A stretch of DNA of 64,000 bases, from assembly GCF_964355755.1 (NCBI RefSeq), contig NC_092675.1, positions 11,961,812-12,025,811 of the forward strand. The letters run 5' to 3'. Origin of the DNA: Antedon mediterranea (taxonomy: Eukaryota > Animalia > Echinodermata). The notes under the pieces were generated by a model. The model worked only from the letters and a program-made list of their open reading frames with translations, did no database searches and was not told the DNA's origin. The translations under genes and the position numbers were made by a program. This document shows, piece after piece, positions 10,816-23,600 of this stretch; within the stretch, counting starts at the first letter, position 1; every line of letters begins with the position of its first letter.

Positions 10816-12395
10816 CTAGATTTGAACTCGTCACTTTGACTAGTTCTGGTTATCCGCGCAAACGCAACCATGCACATACTTAACCATATGAACCTCGACA
10901 ATTATTATGCCATCCTATGACATGAAATAAATATGTTTACAGTGCTGAATTGTACCTATTATGTAGCATATATCATATTACAGTATTTTACAGAATAAAC
11001 TGTATAATGTTATATACAGTGTAGCATAGACAAAATTACGAGACCCATCTTTTAAATCCAATTATTAACACAATGACGTCATGAAATTGACATATAAAGA
11101 TAACAATTTTAGAAGATAATTATCTAAATAATTACATTATTGCAAATTTGAAGAATTTTGGGCACGTAAAATTGAGATGCGCTCTCGTTTAAACGCAATG
11201 AACTTTTACGCAAGAGATGAAAATACCACTTTTTGAACTCAACTAGCCATATGATGACGTCACAACATCTGATTGGCAAAATATTCACATGAATTCGTAT
11301 CTACAATCAAATAGCTTCCAGAAAACGTATTAATCATGATTATCACTTTTTATTCTAACGAGCTATAACAGATTGAAATTTACTGTAATGATGAAAATAA
11401 GTGACCCACGTTATGCACGCTTTTAATCATGATGACGTCATCACAATTTTAAAAATGTTAAATCATGCGAAAGATAATTGATTGACCAAGACAATATAAA
11501 AAACGGAGGGAAATGGAATAAGGATAAGTGCAGATGCGCTCAATTAAATTTGATGAGCTATGACGAAAAAGACAAAAATCCTATATTTTATATTCGAGTG
11601 GCCATATGATGACGTCACAATGTCCAGTTAGCCATATTGATCCATGATCCGATATCTACAACTCATCAACCTCCAGAATATGTAATTAAAAAAAAGTTCA
11701 CCGTGTAGTTTAGAATCTATGACTGTTTAAAAAAAGGCTTAATTTTGGCGAATTTTTTAACTTTTTCATCAAAAACGCGCACAAATTGTCCAATTCGACG
11801 TGCTCGTATGACGTGATTTTAAATCGAAATTGTTAGACAGTTGGTCAAATTACTAGAAAAGACTGGAAAAACATAAATCACGCGAAAAAAAAAGGTTTTT
11901 AGCGCTACGTGCGCACCGCGCGCGTAAAAATATGCGCTCACGTGGGAATTTTTGACATGCTTAAAATGACATGAAATGCGTAGAAAGTTGATTAGAAATT
12001 GATTTTGCGCATTCCGAAATTTTAAACGTGCGTGCGCGCGTAACTTTTTGTGAAACGTGCCATTTTTAATCCATAGAAAGTTTGCTCTTGATATGACTTA
12101 AATTTTCACCAAGCGTCAATATAAAATGACTTTTGGTTTTTAATCTATGATCAATCATTGAAATTCATAAAATTGCGCGTAACTTACGCTGCGCGACTCT
12201 AAAGTAAAAAAACGAAATGTCCTGCACTTCTACAGTTAAAGGTCAATCTTCTGACAAAATTATACGATGTAATGTTGATAAGAATTTGAGATACACGTGA
12301 CACAAAATTCTGGGAAAGAAAGAAGAATAAGATAGAAAAAAAAAAAAAAGATCCTTACAATAACAAGGGGTTATCCGCCAAGTGCGGATAACCAA
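10816..12395 (-). mobile_element. Complete ~1.58 kb HINE-like unit
   Basis: ctag/hairpin/ggttatccgc at 10816 and hairpin cap at 12350-12393. The first ~600 bp resemble the unit at 56707. Confidence 0.85.
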
Positions 12396-12590
12396 AAAAA
12401 AAAGATATTTACAATCACAAGGGTTATCCGCAACTTAAAGTTGCGGATAACCAAAAAAAAAAAAAAAGATGATGAAACAGGACGATTACAAGGAGTTATC
12501 CGCTACTAAGCGGATAACTAATAAATAAATAAATAAATAAAGATTTTGACAGAATCAAGAGGTTATATGCATGATAATGCATATAACCTA
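12350..12590 (-). repeat. Stack of four different 5' terminal caps
   Basis: Hairpins ggttatccgc-caagt-gcggataacc, ggttatccgcaact-taa-agttgcggataacc, agttatccgct-acta-agcggataact and aggttatatgcat-gata-atgcatataacct, separated by A runs and (AAAT)n. Confidence 0.9.
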
Positions 12591-12591
12591 A

Positions 12592-14005
12592 CTAGATTTA
12601 ATTCGTCACTATGACGAATTATAGGTTATATGCATTGATTTAAATAAAGATAATTGATTTTTAAAAGATATATTGATTGATTGATTTTCTCAGAATCTTT
12701 AATTATTTATAATATATGATAGGACCTTGCTAACGCGAACACTATAGCCGGTATCACAATCCGATCAAAGATCCATATGCGTATAATGTCATAAACCACA
12801 TTTGTTGTTACATAATAATAAAGACATAAGTTAATTTGTATCTAGATTTCATTATAAATTATGTGTATAATCTATACACTAAGAAATAAATTTGAACAAA
12901 CAATACGGATAATAAAAAAAAAAATCTTATTTCGTTTCCCAAGATGAGACTCGATCTCGGTACCTTGAATGCCATAGACACGAGCACAGACCATCGAGCC
13001 ATACACAACTGACTATACTTTGTAGAAAAATTCCTCCGTGTATTTACTATGCAGTAACCACTTTGATGCAAATAGATTATTACATACCAAAATGAATTAT
13101 AATTTTTTACTATGATGACATCTTTAAAATGTATACAAATGATACACTGTCAAACTACATACTTTTAACTTTAATATATGAATTTTTGAAGGAAGAAAGT
13201 TAATGTTAAGTTTGTTATTTTGGCCTAAGAAAATGTCATAATTTGTTTGATTGTCGAAATTATTTTTTTAAAATTTAATATGCAATTAATGATGACTTAA
13301 TCAACTTTTGTTCTCTTTATTTGATAATAAATCATACATATGATACATACACGTCAAGAAAATGAAATAAAAAATAGGTGTTCCCCTGCATTCTGACGAT
13401 ATATGTTAATTTTAAAATTTAGCATATTTTCACCATTTTGTTAACTTATACGTGCGTAGCCAGTCACTTTTGATGTGCCCGTATAACGCAATTTCGAGTT
13501 GAAACCTGAACCAAATATGATGATATTATTAAAGAAAGATTGTAAAACAGAAATCCGGCAAAAAGAGTGCGCATTAACGTTTAACGCGCAGTGCGCGTGC
13601 AAAAATCTGCGCACTCATGGCAATTTTTTAAACGCTTAAAATTGCCTGAAACGTACTCTAATTTCATCGAAAATAAATTTTGACAATTTTGAACATTTTA
13701 AGCGCGCGTACGCAAGCGTTATATGCGCTACGCACGTAATTTTATTGCCATATGATGAAATATGACCTGAAATTTATGAGTACCAAATTTTGTTTAATTG
13801 TGATTCATGCTTGTGAAGATATGATTACAAACGTGATTTCGTAAAATCGCGCGTAGACCGCGTAATTTTTGATTACGCATCGTGAAAATATAACCACATC
13901 GATTCCTGGCCATAAGGAATATACTCTGAAAACTTGACTTAGCTAGATGAAACTGATGCCAAGATAATGCACGGACAAAATAGTGCTAAGGAAAGAATAA
14001 ATAAA
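12592..14005 (-). mobile_element. Single divergent HINE-like unit (ggttatatgca subTIR family) with tRNA-derived segment
   Basis: ctagattt-aattcgtc-actat-gacgaatt-ataggttatatgca terminus. The body is distantly similar to the 30.5-41.7 kb family (tactatgatga, tgcattctga, aaacgcttaaa..cctgaa). Confidence 0.8.
12936..13010 (-). other. Degenerate tRNA-derived (SINE-head-like) segment
   Basis: The minus strand has A box tggctcgatgg and B-box-like agatcgagtct at tRNA-like spacing. Confidence 0.55.
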
Positions 14006-17000
14006 CTAGACATGTAACTCGTCACTTTGACGAGTTTGGTTATCCGCCGTGCAAGTGGTGCAACATTAACATTAAGGGGATAGGTTGAGGACAAAAGGAA
14101 GTGTTCACGTTGGCATTATGACCTGAACTGAAGAATATGATATGTTGTTATTGCTGAATTTTATTATTTAAATTCATATATAGTATACACAGTATAATCT
14201 GTATCCATATCACATACAGTGACATACAGTGTAGAATAGGTGAAATTACGGGACCCGCTATTTATTGCAATTTTTAACATGTTGACGGTTTTAAAATGAA
14301 ACGCGAAGGTAGCAATTCCGAAAGGAAATTATCTCAGCAACAACGTATTAGCGTTTAGAAGAAATTTTAATACGTGAAATATTGATGCGCGCTCTTTTAA
14401 ATGTAATGAATTATGACGCAAAAGATGAAAATACGACCTTTTTTATTTAACTGGCCATATGATGACGTCACAACATCCGATGAGCAACATTTTTACATAA
14501 TTTCGTATCTACAATCCAATAGCTTCCAGAAAAAGTTTTAATCGTGATTATCACATTTTATTCTTACGAGCTATAACAGATTAAAATTTACTGTAAAGAT
14601 GAAATTGATGCCACACGTGATTTAAATTTTTAGGCATGATGACGTCAAAAAAATTAAAATATTTTTAACTCATGCGAAAGATAGTTGATTGACCTAGACA
14701 ATATCAAAATCGGGGTGAAAATGGAAAACGAAAAAGTGGAGATGCGCTCTATTCAATGTGATGAGCTATGACGAAAGATACAAAAATCCTAAATTTTATA
14801 TTCGCGTGGCCATACGATGACGTCACAATGTCCGGTTAGCCATATTAATACCTGATCCGATACCTACAACTCATCTACTTCCAGAATATGTCATCCACAA
14901 AAAGTTGACCGTCTAGTTTAGAAATTACGACTGTTTAAAAAAAGGCATATTTTAATCGAATTTTTTAACCTTTTCATAAAAAACGCGCGCAAATTGTCCA
15001 ATTCGACGTGCTCGTATGACGTATCTTTAAGTCGAAATTGTTTAAAATTTGGTAAAATTACTAGAAAAAGCTGGAAAAACATAAATCACGCGAAAAAAAT
15101 ACGTTTTCAATACTACGTGCGCACCGCACACGTAAAAATGTGCGCACGCGTGGGAATTTTTGACATGCTTAAAACGACATGAAACGCGTAGAAAGTTGAT
15201 TATAAATTAATTTTGCGCATTTTGAAATTTTAAATGCGCATGCGCGCGTAACTTTGTGTAAAACACGGAATTTTTTTTCAACAGAAAGTTAGCGCATGAT
15301 ATAAATTAAACTTTTGCAAAGTTTCAAGTTGAAATGTTATTTGGTTGTCGAGCTATGTTAAATACGACAAAATCGTTAAATCGCGCGTAAGTCACGTTGC
15401 GCAATTGTAAGCGTCATGAAAAGCTTCGCTTGACGACGTTACGTAAATGTCAATATGTTAAGATAGTTACCGAAATGTTATGTTTGCGAGTTTTAGAGAA
15501 AAGCGTTACACAAAAATCATACAGAATGATTTCGTACAATCACAAGAGGTTATCCTGCAACTTCGTTGCGGATAACCAACTAGACATGTAACTCGTCACT
15601 TTGACGAGTTAGTTATCCGCACGAAAAACGCCACGGGCACGTCATACGTTAGAATATTGCACACAGAAAAAAATTATGGCATTATGACCTGAACTGAAGA
15701 ATATGATATGTTGGTGCTAAATTCTGTCAATTTTGTGTAATATAGTATAATATATAGTATAATATGTATAAATATTACATACAGTGTAGAATAAGTGAAA
15801 TTTTGGGACCTATCATTTATTGCAATTTTTAACATGTTGACCATTTTAAAATGTAACGCGAAGGTAGAAATTTCGGAAGGATATTATCTCAACAACAACA
15901 TATTAACGTGTAGAAGAAATTTGAATACGTGAAATATTGATGCGCGGTCTTTTAAATGTAATGAATTATGACGCAAAGATCAAAATACGACATTTTTTAT
16001 TTAACTGGCAATATGATGACGTCACAACATCCGATTGGCAACATTTTTACGTGATTTCGTATCTACAATCCAATAGCTTCCAGAAAACGTTTTAATCGTA
16101 ATTATCACATTTTATTCTTACGAGCTATAACAGATTAAAATTTACTGTAAAGATGAAATTAAAGCCACACGTAATTAAAAGTTTTAGGCATTATGACGTC
16201 ATAAAAATACATTTTTTTTTAACTCGTGCCAAAGATAGTTGATTGTCCTAGACAATATCAAAATCGAAGTGAAAATGGAAAACGGATAAGTGGAGATGCG
16301 CTCTATTAAATGTGATGAGCTATGACGAAAGATACAAAAATCCTAAATTTTATATTCGCGTGGCCATACGATGACGTCACAATATCCGGTTAGTAATATT
16401 AATACATGATCCGATATCTACAACTCATCAAATTCCAGAATATGTCATCCACAAAAAGTTGATAGTGTAGTTTAAAAATTACGACTGTTTAAAAAAAGGC
16501 ATAATTTTTACGATTTTTTGAACTTTTTGATCAAAAACGCGCACAAATTGTACAATTCAACGTGCTCGTATGACGTAATTTGAAGTCGAAATTGTTTAAA
16601 AGTTGGTAAAATTACTAGAAAAGGCTGAAAAAACATAAATCACGCGAAAAAAATATGTTTTTAACGCTACGTGCGTACCGCGCGCGTACAAATTTGCGCG
16701 CGCCTGGGATATTTTGACATGTTTAAAATGACATGAAACGCGTAGAAAGTTGATTAGAAATTAATTTTGCGCATTTTAAAATTTTAAACGCGCGTGCGCA
16801 CGTAACTTCGTGTAAAACATGCAATTTTTTTTGCACAAAAACTTAGCGCATGATATAAATTAAACTTTTGATAAGTTTCAAATTAAAATGTTATATGGTT
16901 TTTGATCTATGTCAAATACGCGAAATTCATAAAATCGCGCGTAAGTCACGTTGCGTAATTCTGACTTCATTCAAAAATAGGAGGTGCACAAGTTCACGTA

Positions 17001-17149
17001 AATGCCCACATGTTGACAAAGTTATAAAATGTTATGTTTACACGTTTTTGAGATACGCGACCCACAAAAATGACAGAAAGAAAGAAGAATAACATAGAAA
17101 AAGAATCTGGACAATAACAAGGAGTTATCCGCTCAATGCGGATAACTAA

Positions 17150-17611
17150 CTAGACATGTAACTCGTCACTTTGACGAGTTAGTTATCCGCACGACAAAGG
17201 CGCGTAAAAACTTGCGCACGCGTGGGAATTTTTGACATGCTCAAAATGACAAGAAACGCGTAGAAAGTTGATTAAAAATTAATTTTGCGCATTTTAAAAT
17301 TTTAAATGCGCGTGCGCGCGTAACTTTGTGTAAAACATGTAATTTTTTTTAAACAGAAAGTTGGCACATGATATAAATTAAACTTTCGCAAAGTTTCAAT
17401 TTAAAACGTTATTCGGTTTTTTGCCTATGTTTAAAACGCTAAATTCATAAAATCGCACGTAAGTCACGTTGCGCAATTTTAAACATGCTGAAAAGCTTCG
17501 CTGCACACGTTCATATGAATGACGATATGTTGCAAAAGTTACGAAATGTTATGTTTGCAAGTTTTACAGATACGCGTGACACAAAAATGGGAGAAAGAAA
17601 GAAGATAAAGA
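17150..17611 (-). mobile_element. Internally deleted ~460 bp derivative
   Basis: The head (..gcacgacaaag) is joined directly to gcgcgtaaaaacttgcgcac, which normally lies ~1.05 kb further into the unit. Confidence 0.85.
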
Positions 17612-20600
17612 CTAGACATGTAACTCGTCACTTTGACGAGTTAGTTATCCGCACGACAAACGTCACGTGCACGTCATACGTTGGAATATTGCACACAGAA
17701 AAAGATTATGGCATTATGACCTGAACTGAAGAATATGATATGTTGTTAGTGCTTAATTCTGTCAATTTTGTGTCATATAGTATATATAGTATAATATGTA
17801 TACATATTACATACAGCGTAGAATAAGTGAAATTATGGGACCTGCCATTTATTCCAATTTTTAACATGGCGACGGTATCAAAATGAAACACTAAGATAGC
17901 AATTTCGGAAGCAAATTATCTCAGCAACAACATATTAACGTGTAGAAGAAATTTGAATACGTAAAATATAGATGCGCGCTCTTTTAAATGTGATGAACTA
18001 TGACGCAAAAGATGAAAATACGACTTTTTTCATTTAACTGGCCATATGATGACGTCACAACATCCGATTGGCAAACTTTTTACATGATTTCATATCTACA
18101 ATCCAATAGCTTCCGGAAAAAGTTTTAATTGTGATTATCACATTTTATTCTTACGAGCAATAACAGTTCAAAATTTACTGTAAAGATGAAATTAATGCCA
18201 CACGTAATTTCAATTTTTAGGCATGATGACGTCAAAAAAATTAAAATATTTTTAACTCATGCGAAAGACAGTTGCTTGACCTAGACAATATCAAAATCGG
18301 GGTGAAAATGGAAAACGGATAAGTGGAGATGCGCTCTATTAAATGTGATGAGCTATGACGAAATATACAAAAATCCTAAATTTTATATTAGCGTGGCCAT
18401 ACGATAACGTCACAATGTCCGGTTAGCCATATTAATACATGATCCGATATCTAAAACTCATTAACTTCCAGAAAATGTCATCCACAAAAAGTTGACCGTG
18501 CAGTTTAGAAATTACAACTGTTTAAAAAAAAGCATAATTTTGACGAATTTTTGAACTTTTTCATAAAAAAACGCGCACAAATTGGCCAATTCGACGTGTT
18601 CGTATGACGTTACTTTAAGTCTAAATTGTTTAAAAGTTGGTAAAATTACTAGAAAAGGCTAGAAAAACATAAATCATGCAAAAAAAATATGTTGTTACCT
18701 CTACATGCGCACCGCGCGCGTAAAATTGTGCACGTGCGTGGGAATTTTTGACATGCTTAAAATGACATGAAACGCGTAGAAAGTTGATTAGAAATAAATT
18801 TTGCGCATTTTAAAGTTTTAAATGCGCGTGCGCGCGTAACTTTGTTTAAAACACGCAATTTTTTTCCAACAGAAAGTTTGCGCATGATATAAATTTAACT
18901 TTTGCAAAATTTCAAGTTAAGATGTTGTTTGGTTTTTGACCTATGTTAAATACCCGAAATTCATAAAATCGCGCGTAAGTCACGTTGCGCAATTGTAAAC
19001 ATCCTGAAAAGGTTCGCTGCACAACTTCATATGAATGGCGATATGTTGAGAAAGTTACGAAATGTTATGTTTGCAAGTTTTACAGATATGCGTGACACAA
19101 AAAATTACAGAAAGAAAGAAGATAAAGAAAAAAAAGATGTTGATTTCGTACAATCACAAGGAGTTATCCTGCAACTTCGTTGCGGATAACTAACTAGACA
19201 TGTAACTCGTCACTTTGACGAGTTAGTTATCCGCACGACAAACGCCACGTGCACGTCATATGTTAGAATATTGCACACAGAAAAAGATTATGGCATTATG
19301 ACCTGAACTGAAGAATATGATATGTTATTGCTGAATTTCTATTATTTTGATTCATATAATATAGTATACACAGTATAATCTGTATCCATATCACATACAG
19401 TGTAGAATAGCTGAAATTACGGGACCCGCTATTTATTGCAATTTTTGACGGTTTTAAAATGAAACGCGCAGGTAGCAATTTCGGAAGGAAATTATCTCAA
19501 CAACAACATATTAACGTGTAGAAGAAATTTGAATACGTGAAATATTGATGCGCGCTTTTTTAAATGTAATGCATTATGACGTAAAAGATGAAAATACGAC
19601 TTTTTTTATTTAACTGGCCATATGATGACGTCACAACAACCGATTGGCAACATTTTCACATGATTTCGTATCTACAATCCAATAGCTTCCAGAAAACGTT
19701 TTAATCGTAATTATCACATTTTACTCTTACGAGCTATAACAGATTAAAATTTACTGTAAAGATGAAATTATTGCCACACGTAATTAAAAGTTTTAGGCAT
19801 GATGACGTCATAAAAAATAAAAATTTTTTAACTCATGCGAAAGATAGTTGATTGTCCTAGACAATATCAAAATCGAAGTGAAAATGGAAAACGGATAACT
19901 GGAGATGCGCTCTATTAAATGTGATGAGCTATGACGAAAGATACAAAAATCCTAAATTTTATATTCGCGTGGCCATACGATGACGTCACAATGTCCGGTT
20001 AGCCATATTAATACATGATCCGATATCTAAAACTCATCAACTTCCAGAATATGTCATCCACAAAAAGTTGATCGTGTAGTTTAGAAATTACGACTGTTTA
20101 AAAAAAGGCATAATTTTGATGAATTTTTGGACTTTTTCATCAAAAACGCGCGCAAATTGTCCAATTCGACGTGCTCGTATGACGTAACTTTAAATCGAAA
20201 TTATTTAAAAGTTGGTAAAATTACAAGAAAAAGGCTGGAAAAACATAAATCAAGCGAAAAAAATATGTTTTTAATGCTACGTGCGCACCGCACACGTAAA
20301 CATTTGCGCACGCGTGGGAATTTTTGACATGCTTAAAATGACATGAAACACGTAGAAAGTTGATTAGAAATTAATTTTGCGCATTTTGAAATTTTAAATG
20401 CGCGTGCACGCGTAACTTTGTGTAAAACACGCAATTTTTTTTTCACAGAAAGTTAGCGCATGACATAAGTTAAACTTTTGCAAAGTTTCAATTTAAAATG
20501 TTATTTGGTTTTTGACCTATGTTTAATACGCGAAATTCATAAAATCGCGCGTAAGTCACGTTGCGCAATTGTAAAGATGCTGAAAAGCTTCGCTGCACAA

Positions 20601-23600
20601 CCTCATATGAATGACGATATGTTGAGAAAGTTACGAAATGTTATGTTTGCAAGTTTTACAGATACGCATGACACAAAAATTACAGAAAGAAAGAAGAACT
20701 AGACATGTAACTCGTCACTTTGACGAGTTAGTTATCCGCACGACAAACGCCACGTGCACGTCATACGTTAGAATATTGCACACAGAAAAAAATTATGGCA
20801 TTATGACCTGAACTGAAGAATATGATATGTTGGTGCTAAATTCTGTCAATTTTGTGTCATATAGTATAATATATAGTATAATATGTATAAATATTACATA
20901 CAGTGTAGAATAAGTGAACTTTTGGGACCTGTCATTTATTGCAATTTTTAACATGTTGACCGTTTTCAAATGTAACGCGAAGGTAGCAATTTCGGAAGGA
21001 TATTATCTCAGCAACAACATATTAACGTGTAGAAGAAATTTGAATACGTGAAATATTGATGCGCGGTCTTTTAAATGTAATGAATTATGACGCAAAAGAT
21101 GAAAAGACGACATTTTTTATTTAACTGGCCATATGATGACGTCACAATGTCCGATTGGCAACATTTTCACGTGATTTCGTATCTACAATCCAATAGCTTC
21201 CAGAAAACGTTTTAATCGTAATTATCACATTTTATTCTTACGAGCTATAACAGATTAAAATTGACTGTAAAGATGAAATTAATGCCACACGTAATTAAAA
21301 GTTTTAGGCATGATGACGTCATAAAAATAAAAATTTTTTTAATTCGTGCCAAAGATAGTTGATTGTCCTAGACAATATCAAAATCGAAGTGAAAATGGAA
21401 AACGGATAAGTGGAGATGCGCTCTATTAAATGTGATGAGCTATGACGAAAGATACAAAAATCCTAAATTTTATATTCGCGTGGCCATACGATGACGTCAC
21501 AATATCCGGTTAGTCATATTAATACATGATCCGATATCTACAACTGATCAACTTCCAGAATATGTCATCCACAAAAAGTTGATCGTGTAGTTTAGAAATT
21601 ACGACTGTTTACAAAAAGGCATAATTTTGACAAATTTTTGTACTTTTTCATAAAAAACGTGCGCAAATTGTCCAATTCGACGTGCTCGTATGACGTAACT
21701 TTAAGTCGAAAGTGTTTAAAAGTTGGTAAAATTACTATAAAAGGCTGGAAAAACATAAATCACTCGAAAAAAATATGTTTTTAATGCTACGTGCGCACCG
21801 CACACGTAAAAATGTGCGCACTCGTGGGAATTTTTTACATGCTTAAAATGACATGAAACGCGTAGAAAGTTGATTAGAAATTAATTTTGCGCATTTTGAA
21901 ATTTTAAATGCGCGTGCACGCGTAACTTTTTGTAAAACATGCCATTTCTAGTGCACTAACAGTTTGCCCTTCATATGACTTAAAGTTTCATAAAGGGTAA
22001 AAAAAAAATTACTCTTGGTTTTTAAGCTATGATCAATCATTAAAAATCATAAAATCGCGCGCAAGTCACGTTGCGCAACTCTGACGTCATTCAAAATAGG
22101 AGATGCACAACTTCACGTAAATGCCCACATGTTGTCAAAGTTATAAAATGTTATGTTTACACATTTTAGAGAAACGTGACTCACAAAAAAATGGGAAAGA
22201 AATAAGAAGAATACAGAACTAGACATGTAACTCGTCACTTTGACGAGTTTGGTTATCCGCCGCGCAAGTGGTGCAACATTAACATTAAGGGGATAGGTTG
22301 AGGACAAAAGGAAGTGTTCACGTTGGCATTATGACCTGAACTGAAGAATATGATATGTTGCTGAATTTTATTATTTAAATTCATATATAGTATACACAGT
22401 ATAATCTGTATCCATATCACATACAGTGACATACATAGAATAGGTGAAATTACGGGACCCGCTATTTATTGCAATTTTTAACGTGTTGACGGTTTTAAAA
22501 TGAAACGCGAAGTTAGCAATTCCGAAAGGAAATTATCTCAGCAACAACGTATTAGCATGTAGAAGAAATTTGAATACGTGAAATATTGATGCGCGCTCGT
22601 TTAAATGTAATGAATTATGACGCAAAAGATGAAAATACGACCTTTTTTATATAACTGGCCATATGATGACGTCACAACATCCGATTGGCAACATTTTTAC
22701 ATAATTTCGTATCTAAAATTCAATAGCTTCCAGAAAAAGTTTTAATCGTGATTATCACATTTTATTCTTACGAGCTATAACAGATTAAAATTTACTGTAA
22801 AGATGAAATTAATGCCACACGTGATTTAAATTTTTAGGCATGATGACGTCAAAAAAATTAAAATATTTTTAACTCATGCGAAAGATAGTTGATTGACCTA
22901 GACAATATCAAAATCGGGGTGAAAATGGAAAACGAATAAGTGGAGAGGCGCTCTATTCAATGTGATGACCTATGACGAAAGATACAAAAATCCTAAATTT
23001 TATATTCGTGTGGCCATACGATGACGTCACAATGTCCGGTTAGCCATATTAATACCTGATCCGATATCTACAACTCATCAACTTCCAGAATATGTCATCC
23101 ACAAAAAGTTGACCGTGTAGTTTAGAAATTACGACTGTTTAAAAAAAGGCATATTTTTAACGGAATTTTGAACTTTTTCATCAAAAACACGCGCAAATTG
23201 TCCAATTCGACGTGCTCGTATGACGTAACTTTAAGTCGAAATTGTTTAAAATTTGATAAAATTACTAGAAAAGGCTGGAAAAACATAAATCACGCGAAAA
23301 AAATATGTTTTCAATGCTACGTGCGCACCGCACACGTAAAAATTTGCGCACGCGTGGGAATTTTTTACATGCTTAAAACGACATGAAACGCGTAGAAAGT
23401 TGATTAGAAATTAATTTTGCGCATTTTGAAATTTTAAATGCGCGTGCGCGCGTAACTTTGTGTAAAACACGCAATTTTTTTTCAACATAAAGTTAGCGCA
23501 TGATATAAATTAAACTTTTGGAAAGTTTCAATTTGAAATGTTATTTGGTTTTCGACCTATGTTAAATACGAGGAAATCGTTAAATCACGCGTAAGTCACG

